From: Malacoraja senta | Lineage: Eukaryota | Reading direction: 5' to 3' | Length of the DNA: 64,000 bases | NCBI GenBank assembly: GCA_038087875.1 | Contig: JAXLNO010000433.1 | Coordinates: 1-64,000, forward strand | Shown: piece after piece, positions 28,251 through 42,600 of the stretch | Layout: the number at the start of each line of letters is the position of its first letter | Position numbering within the stretch: position 1 is the first letter of the stretch | Notes under the pieces: model-generated | The model's database searches: none | Seen by the model: the letters and a program-made list of their open reading frames with translations, nothing else | Told to the model about the DNA's origin: nothing | Position numbers and translations under genes: made by a program

Positions 28251-29518
28251 GATCTCTCGGTTGCAAAACACTTTAATTCCCCTTCCCATTCCCACACAGA
28301 CCTTTCTGTCCCAGGCCTCCTCCATTATTAGAGTGAGGCCAAACGCAAATTGGAGGAACAGCTTCTCATATTTTGCGTGTGCAGCTTACAACCCAGCGGT
28401 ATGTATATTGAATTATTTCACTTACAAGATACAATTATTTGTCACATGTACCAATTGGTACAGTGAAATGTGTGGTCGCCATACAGCCATACGAGTAAAT
28501 AAAGAGCACATAACACTTCAAGTAACCCTTGCAATCCCTCTCTTTTTATCCATCCTTGTAATAACTTGTTGAGCCTCATTGTCTGTAACTCATTTTCACC
28601 TAGTCCACAGCTAACAATGACCTCCTTTATCATTGTTTCTTTTTTGCATACCTTTAATTCATTTGTTCTATATCTCTCTGTATCACCATCTTTCTCTCTC
28701 ATTTCCCTTTCCCCTGACTCTCAGTCTGAAAAAAGGTCTTGACCCGAACGTCACCTGTTCCTTTTCTCCAGAGATGCTGTCTGGTTGCGGAGTTACTCCA
28801 GATTTTTGTGTCTATCTTCAGTTTAAAGCAGGACCTGCAGTTCCTTGTTACACATAATTCCAATACCAACTCATATCGGACTGTACGTAATCCATATCAC
28901 TCTATTCCCAGCACATCCATATGCCTGTCCAAATGTCTCTTCAATGCCACTATCACATCTGCCTCATGCCCTCCAGAAGCATGTTCCAGGCACTCACCAC
29001 TCTCTGTGTAAAATATATGCCCCACACATCTCCTGTAAACATTGTCCCTCTCAACTTAAAGTGATGTCCTCAATTATTTGATACGTCCATGCTGGTAAAA
29101 AGGGTGTAACAGTATATCCTATCTGTGATTCACATAATTCTATATATACTTCTATCAGGTTTTGCTGCATTCAAGAGAAAACAATACGACTGTACAACCG
29201 CGCCCTGTAGCTAAAACCCACTATTCCATGCATCATCATGGTAAACCTCCTCTGCACTCTTGTCAAAGCTTCCACATCCTTCCTGTAATGGGGCAACCAG
29301 ACCTGCACACAATACTCCAAATGTAGCCTGTAAAGCTGCATCATGACGTCCTGTATCTTCAACTCAATGCCTCATATTTGGTATTAAGCAAGTATACTAT
29401 ATGCCTTCTTCATCAATTTATCTACTTGTCTTGCCACTTTCAAGGAGTTATGGACTTGGACCCCAAGAGGGGACTGATATCCCATCTGTAAACAAATGCT
29501 CCTAAGGGTCAGGCAGTT

Positions 29519-32500
29519 AAATAGTAAGATTAAACGAGAACTTACCAGTTTGAAGTTTGATCTGTATTTTATGAGGAGTTACGATGAGGGATTACGTGAA
29601 GAACCCGTCCAGCACGCATGCGCGACATTCTTCAAAGCAGCGGTGTGGAATCACAGGAAACACAATAATTGAAATAAACATAGTAAAGAAAAGGAGAACT
29701 AAGATACCTGTTGATCTATATATTTGAGGGTTGGAGCGGAGGGCACGTACTCCCTCATCGTAACTCCTCATAAAATACAGATCAAACTTCAAACTGGTAA
29801 GTTCTCGTTTAATCTTACTATTTTACTTCGGAGTCACGTGAGTGACTACGTGAAGATTTTAAAGCTCTGTGATTTCAAACCGTGTAACAGTTCATACTTC
29901 ACTCGCTGCCGAAGTCATTCAAGGGAGGAAGTATGTTATCGTAATCAACCACAATCTGTTTGTAAACAATAATCGTATCTATTAAACAATAACAAAAGAC
30001 AAAATGCTCCCCCGGGCTTAAATTATATATTTTTGCAGATTTTAAAACTCTTTCTGCAAATAACACAGGTTCTGCTAGCGGCTTGTGGTAGAACGTTTGG
30101 AACGTTTTCTCCATGTTCATTCTTTTAGCAGCAGATGTGGATGCTGCCCTGGTGGAGTGAGATGTATATACATCAGTATCGTCTCCAGCAGCTCCCAGTA
30201 CCTGCTTGAGCCATCTCGAGATGGTTTGGCTCGACACCCAACCATGAGGTTTCTTGTGGCTGACCCATAAGGCTTTTTTATTTATTTATTTATTTATTTT
30301 TTAAAATTCCTTTCTCCCTCGAGAATCTCTTGTTGTGTTGATGTAAGTGAATAAGTGAGTCATGACACACAACCGTAGGTCAGGTGGGTATGCCCGGAAA
30401 TCCATAACTAGGACTCAAGTTCCTGGCTTGCTCTGCTTCAGCAGCTCCTGCATGGTGAATGAGACCCGGTCTGGTGTTATAACCATGTTGTCCAGTCGCA
30501 GTAAGTGGAGGGACTGGACTCTTTGTGCTGAGACTAGTGGCATCAGCATGACCGTTTTCAGGGTTAGCTTTTCCAGGGTGAGAGACCTGGCTGGGGACCA
30601 TCCCCTTAGGTATGTCAGGACCACACTGACATCCCAGATTTGTGTATACCTAGGTCTAAGAGGGTTGGAGTTGACGATACTCCTCATGAGTTTGATCACC
30701 AGCGGGTGAGACCCTATGGCCTGTTGTCCTGGCACCTGTTTTAAGTAGGCTGACAGCGCACGTCTGGCAGTATTGATGGCGCTGTAGCTCAATCCTTCAT
30801 TATGGTGAAGGCCCCCCAGGAACTCCAGTACATTGGTTATGGTTGCAGATGAGTACGTTGTCCCAGTAGTCGAGCAGTATCTTTCCCACTTCCTGATGCT
30901 CGATAGGTATTGTTTCCTGGTGGACATACGGTATCATCATGTTGATGGTCCTGTCAGACAATCCCAGTCCCAGCAGTGGTCTTTTGATAATCTGCAACCC
31001 AGTAGGTTAATTTTGCCATGGCATGGATGACTTATGCCTGATACAGGGTGCGTCAATAGGTCTGGGCTACTGGGAAAGGTCATAGGAGTTTCGATGACCA
31101 TGTCGAGGACCACTGGGAACCATGGCTGTGTAGGCCAGTTGGTACTATCAAAATACCTGAAGCAGAGTCCATCTGTATTTTGCGTAGTACCCTACAGATT
31201 AAGGCAGAAGGGGAAAAAGCATAGAAGAAATCGGTCCCCCAGTTCAGCGCAAATGCATCTATCGCTGCTGCCTCAGGGTGTGGTTCCCAAGGGACATACA
31301 TTGGTACGTGGTGATTTAGTCTGGATGCAAAGAGATCGATATCTGGTGTGCCATATTGGTTTGTAATTTTAGCAAAAGCTCTAGGATTTAACATCCATTC
31401 GGTGTTTATCATTGAATTTGCGTGACCTGGCACTGTATTTAGCTTACCTGGTAGGTAAGTTGCTGATAGCCAAATATGTCTATCGACCCACGATTACCAG
31501 ATTGTGTTGACCCAATTGTCACATGATATCGATTTTATTCCGGTCATATGGTTAATATAGGCCACCACCGTGATATTATCAATTTGTAAATGAACATGCA
31601 AGTTGTGCATATTCCTAGAATATGCTTTAAAACCATAAAACGCACCCAACATTTCCAAATAATTTATGCCCAGTGTTTGTAGTAAAGACGAGTCTAGGTT
31701 AGTCCATCTACCACCTGTGCTGGATATGGTATTAGTTGCTCCCCAGCCTTCAGCACTGGCATCTGTTTGTATAGTTAACGTTGGGTTATTGATGATGATA
31801 GGGCTGGAACTATGCCAAATGTGTTATATCCACCATTGTAACTCTGATATTGCTTCAATGGGTAGTTTCATGGATCTGTCAAAGTGACCTGCATGTCGTT
31901 TCAACGCCTGTACTTTTGCCCTTTGTAGGTGCTGATAGTGCAGGAGTCCAAATTGTGTAGCTGAAAATTCTGCTACCATTTTGCCAATTACTCTTGCCAC
32001 TTGTCGGATGGTTGGTCGATTGCTTACCATTAAATTGTTGCACATCTGTGCCAATTCTGCTGCTTTACCTTTTGGCAACGTTACAGACATGTGGATTGAG
32101 TTAATTGTGAATCCCAGATAGTCCATAGTTGTGGATGGCGTCAACTTAGATTTATCTGGATGTATGACAAACCCAGGGTTTCAAACAATTGTTTGGTAGC
32201 TAATACAGCTGATTTAGCCAACTCCATGGTTTTGCCAACTATTAGGATATCATCAAGTTCCGCCATGACAATATGTCTTTGTTTCGTTAATGTTGCCAAG
32301 GCTGGTTTTAATATCTTGGTAAATAGTCTAAGGCTGATGTCAACCCATTAGGCAACACTTTATACTGCCATAGTTGCCCCATCCAGGTAAATTTTCAGGT
32401 ATCTGCGATGACCCTTGTGAATGGGTACTGAATAGTAGGCATCTTTTAAATCAATGCTTGCCATAAAGTATCCTTTGGAAATCAGTTGTTTAGCAGTTAC

Positions 32501-34332
32501 AAATGTTTCCATTTTGAAATGTACATACTTAACAAAGGTATTTAGTGAGGTTAAGTCAATGATGATGCGACATCCACCATCTTTTTTGCTTTTGGTAAAT
32601 ATATTTGAGACAAATTCCAAAGGATCATGTTTGGATTTCTCAATGACACCCTTTGTAAGTAACCTCACCAGTTCTGCTTGAGCCTCTAGTTCTCTTTGAC
32701 TGAGAGGGTAAAGACCCTTTGGGGTACGTGCTGAACTGGTGGCATGTTTTCTTGAATGAACTCTATTTTGTATCCCCGAAAACTGTTAAGTATATAACTA
32801 TCATTCGTGAGACACCTCCTGTTAGTACAGTTCCCCATTTACATGCTGGTAGGAACCAGACCCACCTACCTCCATAGTTATGGTAGTGTTCCTTTCTTCC
32901 GTTTGTTCATCCGTCGTTATACTGCTGGATGTACTGCTGATGTACTGCTGATTGGGGGTGGCGCATTTTCCATGGGGTCCGCTCTGGGCCCTGGCCTAAA
33001 AAGGCTTTCGGGGATAGTATGCGGACCTCGAGCTTTCACCAGTTACATAAATTTGACCTTGACTGGTGGATGCGGTGGGGTACTGCCGTCTGGTTTTTTG
33101 TGTGGGTCTGCTCGTTACGGGGCCTGCCCTCATGAGGCCAAATGCTTTGGACTCTTCCTCCAGGTCTTTCACTTGTCCTTCCAAATAACAGGATCTGCGG
33201 CTCTGAGGCCAGTGTTTTACACAGTCCTGCAAACCTGGGATTGAGGGCAGGTCTTATTCTCTCCTTGCGGAGGTTGTTTCTTATAATGGGTGTTGCACAG
33301 CAGAGCCAGAGTGTCTTGCTGGTTTGTGGTCATATCCACCCCATCCACGGAACGAGCATAGGCTGTTATCCCTGTCGTCAGGAGCTTGAGGATTTTAGCT
33401 CCTGGTTCCGGATACTCTGTCCCCCCCCCCCAGATTTGGCTGTTAACAGCCGGTACATTGAGCGAACTGCAGTTTTCCAGCTCTAGTGCCTCATTAAGTA
33501 CCTGTCTTGTAAGGGTTTGAGGGACAGGTGGTTGATGCTGGCCGCCAGTTTTGGCTCCAATGGCCGCCCTGCTCGTGGTGAAACCACGTAGCGAATCTCC
33601 ACACCCAGCAGCTCTTCCTGATCCTGTACCCCAAGCGTACTCCCGACATCTTCAGCCAATGACCCCTGTTCCTGACCAGCCCAGCCCTGGTCGCCAACGC
33701 TGCCCTGCTTTGAGGGGAAAGCGATGGCCAGTGCATTGTAGAGCACTGCTGTGGGAGTGCCTGATCCCCCTGGCGAGACTGCTCTAGCTTCTGAAGCAAG
33801 TCTCGCTGGAGCAGTTGCTCCATGAGCCTTTCCATTCGGCTCAGGCGGCTAGCTCTGCCGCTCTAAGGCGGACCCTTCTCATCGGAGTCAGACATAACCG
33901 GACGTTTTTTTGTTGTTGTTTTTTTAAAAAACTTTTCCTCCAGCCCGCTGCCGCTCATCAGGCTGCGCTAGCGGGACTGGGCTCGGCTCGGTCTCGATGA
34001 GGGTGGACCGCCGCATATGCGGTCCAGGTGCCGCCTCTCGCCCCCCACTGATGGAACACTCCCGTTCTGTTGGAGTCGAACGGGGGGCGGTTTTCTTCCT
34101 TTGCCGTGCTGCTCATGTTCCCAGTTCCCCTGGAATACAGAGCAGAGCACAGCTTGCTGATTACGACCTCAGTGTAAGACTTACCTGATGGTCCGCTGTT
34201 TAGTTTTCACCGACGTGTAGCGGGAGCGCCTGTACTCCCGGTCGTCGCTGTTGCACTGCGTGAACGCTAATGTCGCGCATGCGTGCTGGACGGGTTCTTC
34301 ACGTAGTCACTCACATGACTCCGAAGTAAAAT
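29519..34332 (-). mobile_element. Full-length DIRS1-like tyrosine-recombinase retrotransposon (degenerate ORFs) inserted in a CR1 fragment
   Basis: RT (IDLKDAYY), RNase H, methyltransferase-like (DIDLFAS..YAF) and YR (SAQRVQSL, HSTRAAS) fragments; inverted terminal repeats and an internal complementary region at 29751-29856. Confidence 0.93.
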
Positions 34333-35930
34333 GTACATTTTCTCCATACATATGACCTCCCAAATTGCAACACCCACACTTGCTCAGATTAAACTCCATC
34401 TGCCATTTCTGCACTCGTATGTGTTGCTGATCTATATCCTGCTGTATACTTTGACAGCCTGTCTCACAGTCTGCAACCCCAACAATCAGCAATGTTCTCT
34501 TCAAACATAGTAACCAACACATCTACATTTACAACCAAGTCATTTACATATATATCACAAACAGCAGAGATCCCAGCACAGATCCCTGTGGAATGCAAAA
34601 TCCTAAGGGACAGCACAGTGGTGCAGCTCATAGAGCTGCTGCCTCACAGCGCCAGAGGCACAGGCTCCATCCTGACCTTGGGACTGTCCGTGTGGAGTTT
34701 CTACGTTCTCCCTGTGATCGTGTAGGTTCTCTAATTTCCTCCCACATCCCAAAGAAGTGCAGGTTTATAGATTAATTGGCCTCTGTAAGTTGCCCCTAGT
34801 ATGTAAGGAATGGATGAGAAAGTGAGATAACATAAATCTAGTGTGAATGGGTGTTCAATGTTCAGTGTGTGTACACGGTGGACTGAGGGACCCGTTTCCA
34901 TGTTGTATCTCTAAACTAAACTAAACTACTCTGGTCAGACTTCAGTCTGCAAATTGTCCTTTTACCACAACCCTCTGTTTATAACAGTAAATAGCCAGTT
35001 CTGAAAACATACGATTGAATCACTGTTAATCCTGAGCATCTTAATCTTCTGAATCAGCCCATCATGAGGGATTTACCTTCCCTACAACTGACGTGAGGTT
35101 CACTGGCTTGGTATAAATATAACTTGTCCCTAGTGTGTGTAGGATAGTGTAAGTGTGCGGGGATCACAGGTCGGCACGGACTCGGTGGGTCGAAGGGCCT
35201 CTTTCCGTGCTGAATCTCTAAACTAAACTAAATTAAACTCCCCATATTTACTTTGCAGGATCTCATCCTTTTCGCTATTTATGTAATTTGTGCCAAGATG
35301 CACAATGATGTCCGGCTGCTCACCCTCCCTGTTGAGAATGTTCTGCAGCTGCTCAGAGACATCTTGGACCCTGGATTAGGGAGACAACACACCATCCTGG
35401 AGTAGACGAAAAATGCTGGAGAAACTCAGCGGTGAGGCAGCATCTATGGAGAAAAGGAGTAGGTGATGTTTCAGGTCAAGACCCTTCTTCACCACAACCT
35501 TGAAGAAGGGTCTCGACCCGAAACGTCACCTACATAAACCCGCTGAGTTTCTCCAGCAGTTTTTGTCTACTTTCGATTTTTCCAGCATCTGCAGTTCCTT
35601 CTTAAACACACCGTCCTGGAGTCTTATTTTCTGCCTCAGAACCTTCTGTCTGCCCTTAACTAACATCTGCTCTCACTATTTCAAAGGATGTTTCCAGGGC
35701 CTGAGATGTAGGGAGAGGTTTGGCAGGCTTGGACTGTATTCCTTGGAGTGCAGGAGGCTGAGTGGTGATCTTATAGAGGTGTACAAAATAATGAGAGGAA
35801 TATATAGAGTTAATGCATAGTCTTTTAGCCAGAGATGGGGAATTTAGAGCTGAAGACAGAGGTTTAAGGTGAGTTGCCACATCATTTGCTGCATGTTTAA
35901 ATGGCCTTCCCAGAGATTGGTGTTTCTAAT

Positions 35931-38470
35931 AGCCCTGTCTCACGGTGCGAGCTCACCCACGAGGTACCCCGATTGAAAGACTCGTGGTTGTGTACAAGAT
36001 TCCAAGTGTATGATCAAGAGTTTAACCGAGTTCCCACGGGTATGAGTACGTTTGCCGTTTACTTGTCATTTCTGCGATGTTCCAAGTTCGTCTCCCGAGT
36101 TACTCTTGAGCCAACCATGAATGAAGGTCTGTTTTAATAAGCAACAGTGTTAAAGAAGACATGTCCATCCTGCGGCTTTGAGTTAAAGATATAATTCAGC
36201 GCGGCTGCATCTATTGATGTGACCTACAAAGGGAAAATGCGCACCGTCCAGTGCCAGAGCAGTTGTACTGATGATTAGATTGAAACACACATCACGTAGT
36301 TAGAAGACCAGCGAGCGGAGGTTTGCTATATTTTAATTGAATTTACTGCCAGGTCTACACACTGCGGGGAGACGGGAGATGAAATCTTTGAATGTGGACG
36401 GATGTCTTCGCGCCTGCTCGTTCTAAGCGGAATATATTTTTAGATGCCTTTCAAGCCGGGCTTTGGTTTTGTTCCTTGTTTTTGTTTATTCGCACACACT
36501 TTTCGTGTGTGAGGGTGTGAGAAGTCCATGCCGGGTGCCGGCGGGCCGCAGCCGCTGTTCTTTCACATCAGTTGCACATCAGATTGTTGGGAGACGGAGC
36601 TCAGGGTTCTCCTCCTGAGCTGCTTTGGTGCCCAGGCGTGAGTTGAGGTAGAGGGAGGGCGTCATTAATCTGTCTGGGGTGACAAGGCTCTTGGGTTAGG
36701 CTGGGATCATTCTCTGCGGGATGATCTTAGTGCGGGAGACAAGTGTAGGAGAGGTGTACTGACTGTGTGGGCAGACACTTTGGTAGTGATTGCCCACCAG
36801 TCACAAAAGCCGCTGTGTCTCCCTGTCCCTGGGATAGCAGGGGGCGATCAAACAGCACAATACCCAGCTCCCCCTCCACGCCAACACGAAGGGCAACGAT
36901 CCCAAGGATTTAGCTACAGAAACAGCGGGCAGGCGACAATCACCCGCCATAACGCGAGAGAGATCATGAACTATTGTAGGTCTCCTTTACACGTCGGTGT
37001 TTCTGTCTTTCCCCATCTCATTGTTGGCCCTGTCTGTCGCCACCCCCACCCCCACCCCCACCCCCACCCCCACCCCTCTGCTTCCCGGCCATGTGTGTGA
37101 CCCCTTCCCTCCCCTCTCCAGCTCCCCGCGCATTGCACCGGGCACGGGGGCTTTGCACTGTCTTCACGTCGGCGATGCCAGCAGGTCAGTGCCAGTCGCC
37201 CCGGGGAAGATGCTCGCGGGCTCTCTCCCAGCGTGGCCCCGGACCGGGGGGGGGGGGGGGAGGGATGGGAGTCAGCAGGCACGCCGGCTCTGCCACACCA
37301 TGGGCCGCCGCCAACCAAGCCACCCGTCCACGTTCACACGCTCGGTAGAACAGGAGCTGAGACTGGGAACTGTACCGCCCTTGCCCCCTCCCTCTGCAAC
37401 TGCAAACAACCCTACTCTCCTGCTCATCTAACCCGCCCATCCCTTCTCTCTGGGTATTGAAGGCGCTTCTGGTCTGCAGTGTGCAATAGTCACCAAAATA
37501 CACTGCATCTTTTGAAAGGAAAAATACAAAACATATCAATCCCACTGGATAGGCTTTAGTCATGGTGCTGTACCACAAGGAAACAGGTCCTTCGGCCCAT
37601 ATAGGCCGTGCCGTCCAAGTTGGCGTCTTGGGGTAGTCCTATTTGCCTGCATGTGGCCCATAGTCCTCTAAACCCTTCCCATCCATTTATCTGTCGTTAT
37701 TAACCTCAAGAAAATTCCTGCTTCAGTTTCCTGGGTCTACCTCAGAGAGAAGTCTCCCCCCTTTCCAGGGTTAATCGCTCCACTGTTTATAATGCTTCCT
37801 GCATTATGAAGTCCTCGACAGTGAACCCCATGGGCAATCACCACCAAAGTGTCTTCCCACACAGTCAGTACACTTATCTCCCGTACTAAGTCACCCCAAC
37901 CCCCCCCCCCCCCTCCCTCCTCCCCCCCCCCCCCACCTTTCCCTCCCAACTCCAGTCCTGTCCCGACCCTTGGGAAACTGAAGGGAGCGACAATCAACTG
38001 CCACGGATACAAATAATGTCATACACAAGAAAGGGCAGATGCTGGTTGACAAAAAGTGAACACACGGTGCTGGAGTAACACAAAGACACAGCAGGTATTT
38101 GGAAACGTCATCCCGTCACCCATTCCTTCTCTCCAGAGATGCTGCCTGCCCGCTGAGTTAAAGAGTTCCCACGGTAAACGCATGAGTCACTAAGGTAAAC
38201 TCACGGGCCACTGCGTTCTTACAACGAGTTTAAATGTTTCAATTTTTAACTTCAACAGTACATTTTACTCGTGGAAAACTTTAAACATGTTTGAATTTTT
38301 TCAAGAGTTAACAAGTTTCACGGGTACCTGCCGTTGGCGCCACGAGTCACTAAGTTGCCTCCACGAATTCCGACGTTCCCGCTACGTTAATTGTACGTGA
38401 TTACCACGAGTTAAATTTGTTTTAAACTCGGGGTATCTCGTGGGTCAACTCGCACCGTGAGACAGGGGTT
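35931..38470. mobile_element. Non-autonomous TIR DNA transposon (Harbinger-like), about 2.5 kb
   Basis: TIRs CCCTGTCTCACGGTGCGAG..CACCCACGAG.TACCCCGA / TCGGGGTATCTCGTGGGTCAACTCGCACCGTGAGACAGGG; internal IR pair at about 36725-36797 and 37831-37890. Confidence 0.8.
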
Positions 38471-39624
38471 TAAGCCATGGTCTTTCTTTGCATTGTTGAA
38501 CTACAGTGTAGAAGCAAATCCATTCACCCAGCATAAACTCTAATTGATGTCATGAACTTACAGATCTGCAAATTTGCGGTCGGTGTTATCATTGCTCCTG
38601 CTGAAATACTTCCCAACATGAGAGCCAGCGTTGCATGCCTTCAAATGTGTGTGCACATTGGACATTGTGAATTGGACAATGCAACTGAATTTGTAGCTAA
38701 TTAGGACCAAATATGAATGAAAGTCAACTCAAGGAACCACAGATGCTGGTTCACAAAGAAAGACAGAGTGCTGGAGTAAATCAGCGGGTTAGGCAGCATC
38801 TTTGGAAAACATGGACAGGTGATGTTACGGGTCGATGATTGTGGTGGGTGGCCCCGATCACGGGAGAACAAAGGAGGAAGATTTGTTTTAAAAATATTTT
38901 TATTTTATTAGAAGTAAGTACAGTAATGTGGCACAAAGATGATTAATATATATTGGCCTGTTACATTTTATGGACAGTTTCTTTCTTTTTTTTAATAATG
39001 AAAGAGAGAAAGAGAGAATAGATAATAAAAAATAGAAAAACGTGTGATGTATTGTGTGTGAAAAGGAAAAAGGGGGGAAAGAGGGAAAGTGAAGAAAAAA
39101 AAAGGAGAGAGAAAGAGAAAGAGTAGAGAGTAGGATATTATAGGAGATCGTTATTTATATTCTTGACCAGGAGGAACATTGACTGCACCTTATTGCCTTC
39201 CATCACAGTGAGAAATGATCAGAAATGGTGGATGTTTATGTTGAAATCAATTGGTGTATGTGAACTTGAACTTGAACTACCTTATCTACAGTAGTAGATA
39301 ACATTAACATTAAGTCTCATTAACATTAGGAAGAGGTTGTAGCGGATGAGGAGTCATTAAAGAACAAGGCAGAAATGAAGCTTGTCCGAAAATACTGTCC
39401 TTTGTTGTTCACTAATTCTCCTCACTCACCAACCCCGTGCACCTGCGATTAACCCCTTAAATACTCCCCAGGGGAACCCATGACTACACCGTGTCCCCTA
39501 CCTCTCGTCACTGGGACACCCGACTCCCCCCAGAGCAGAAGCTAATGTATAGTGCGTGGCCCACCAACACGTGCTGCCACATTACCCACCCACCCCCAGA
39601 ACCGGAGGCACGACCCCACGCAAA

Positions 39625-42600
39625 TGTTTATTTTCTGGTAAGCATTGCCAGCTCAGTGCCTCTAGGGTTCTTTGTAGCCTTAAAATGTTGATGAATATGT
39701 GTGACAACACACAATCTATGGTCCATAGGATATGCCAGAAAATTCAAGCTTTAGACCCAACTCCCCCGGTCTGCTTAGTTTAATTAACTCATTTACATAC
39801 AACGTTATTTTGTTGGTAGATATAACCATTCTGTTCAGCTGTAGCTTAAGCAACGACTGGATGCGTTGCGCTGAAACCAGCGCCATGAGCATAACTACCT
39901 TATATGAGAGCTGGCCCAAAGATAAGGACGTAGCTGGAGCCCACCGGTGAAGTAGTGTTAACACAATGTTAATATCCCATACTAACGTGTACCTGGGCCT
40001 GGGAGGATTTGTGTTAAAGATATCCTTCATAAACCTGGATATCAGAGGGTGAGACCCGACAGAGTGGGTCCCGATCCCAGCAGCAACTATGATGACAAGG
40101 CACTTTTGGCACAGTTAATGGCACTATTTTTTTTTTTTTTTTTAATTTTTATTTATTAGAAGTACATTACATCACAGCCACATACATTAATACTCGTCAT
40201 TTATATCTTCTTACAATTAATGTACTCCCTTTATTTTTTTTTTTTACGCTAAAGAAAGAAAAGATTGAAAGAGAGAAGAAAGTGAAGGAAAAAGTGCAAG
40301 TGTAGAAAAGTGTAGAAAATGTAACAACAAAAAAAAAAAAAGGACGAGGACCCTATGAAAGCGAAATTAAAAACAAAAAAAAAAAGAGTTAAGAAATAGG
40401 CCCTAAGAAAAGAAAAGAGAGAGAGAAAAAAAGAAAAACAAATGTTTTTTTTTTGAGCATCACGTAAATAGGACATACCAACTCTTCAACTATCATCCCC
40501 CCTTACCCGACCTCAATTTTTTATTTTTTTAAAGTACTTTTGCACCCTATGTTTGTAATAATTCTATAAATGCAGACCACGTCAGGTGGAAGTGATCTGG
40601 TTTACCTGCTAGGAGGAGTCTTATCTCTTCAAGGTGTAGTGTTTCAAACATATTTGAAATCCACATATTTATAGTTGGTATTGGAGCCTTCTTCCAAAAT
40701 TTTAGAATTAGCTTTTTTCCAGTTATTAACCCATAATCCATTAATTTCTTTTGAAACACATTTAGTTCTGGATCATCTTCCGTTATTCCGAAGATAATCC
40801 ATTCTGCTTTGGGTATCAGTCTTGTTTTAAATAACTTTGTAAAAATTTCAAAAATTTCATTCCAAAATTTTTGAATTTTTGTACAGAAGACAAATGAGTG
40901 CGCTATAGTTGCTTCTTGGGATTGACATTTATCACAAATAGATGATACGTTTGGGAAAATTTTATGAATTTTAGTTTTCGAATAATATAATCTATGTAAA
41001 ATTTTAAATTGTATTAAAGTGTGTCTTACATTAATCGAGCATTTATGTACTTTTAATAAGTATTCATTCCAACTTTCCTTTGAAATTTTAATAGCTAACT
41101 CTTGTTCCCAGTCTCTTCTGATACCCTCCGTAGATGGTATTTGTACATTTAAGATAATATTGTACAAATATGATATTAAGTTTGCTGATTCCGCTTTTGT
41201 CTGCATTGCCTCGTCCAGTACATCTGCTGGGTTATTATGATGATCTTTTATATATTTTTTCAAATAGTCGCATATTTGAAAGTATTTAAAATATTGATTA
41301 TTTCCGAGTTTATATTTTATTTGTAATTGTTGAAATGAAAGTAATTTTCCAGTTTCATACAAGTCACCAAGCGTTTTAATTCCTAGTCTATCCCATTGTG
41401 TATAAGCTTTATCTATAATAGAAGGACTAAACGAAGGGTTATTGACTATAGGTAATAAAAGTGATAAGTTTCTTAATTTTAAATTTTGTTTTATTTGTTT
41501 CCAAATACGGATTGTACTATGAATAATTGGGTTCTTATTATAGTTTATGTTATTCAATTTCATTGGAGAGAGGAGGATCGCTCCAATGTTTCTAGAGGAG
41601 CAATCCTCTTTCTCCATTACAATCCAGTCTACTTGCTGGGCGGAGTTATCCATCAGTTGAATCATGTTTTTAATATTTACTGACCAATAATAATACATAA
41701 AATTGGGTAGTGCTAGACCTCCCAATACTTTAGATTTATTCAGATGGGTTTTTTGTATTCTATGTGATTTATAGTCCCATATAAAATTAGTGATATCTGA
41801 GTCGAGTTTTTTAAAAAACTTCTTAGGTAAGTATATAGGAATTGATTGAAATAGGTATAAAATTTGTGGTAAAAAGATCATTTTTATTGCGTTTATTCGG
41901 CCTATTAAAGACATCGGAAGCGTTTTCCAGAATTTAATTAATGTATTCAGTTTATTAAGTAGGGGGTCAAAATTTGCCCTGAGCATACCTTGATATGCTC
42001 TGGTAATTTCGATTCCCAAATATTTAAATTTTTCTGTAGCTATTTTAAAAGGGAATTTTAAAAGATGTGTTGAATCTTTCGGTTTTATTGACATAATTTC
42101 ACTTTTATTCCAATTTATGGAATTATATGGATAAAGTATTACAAAAATTTCAACTGGGAGAGAATTTTATTTTATGGATTAAGTTACTATATAACAAACC
42201 TACAGCTAGAATACTTACTAATAACATATTATCCTCGAAATTTCAACTATCAAGGGGAAATAGACAAGGATGCTCATTATCACCACAGCTGTTTGCTCTC
42301 ATTATTGAACCGCTAGCAGAAAAAATTAGAATACACCCTGATATTCATGGATATAATACTAAAGACTCATATAATAAAATATCTTTATACGCGGATGATA
42401 TATTATTGTATATTACAAAACCTCAAATCACTATACCAAATATATTAAATTTAATTGAAGACTTCGGATCTTTTTCTGGATATAGTTAATGGCACTATAA
42501 CTTAATTTTTTGTCAAAGAACCATTTGAAAGGAACTCCAATACGTCAGATATCCGTGCCGTATTATATGTTATATTAGTATTTAAACAAAACACTTCCCA

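Noticed and set aside
30415..31433. Phage-like integrase plus adenine methyltransferase-like ORFs as prophage or bacterial HGT
   Set aside because: These are standard DIRS1 YR and MT domains inside an element with ITR/ICR
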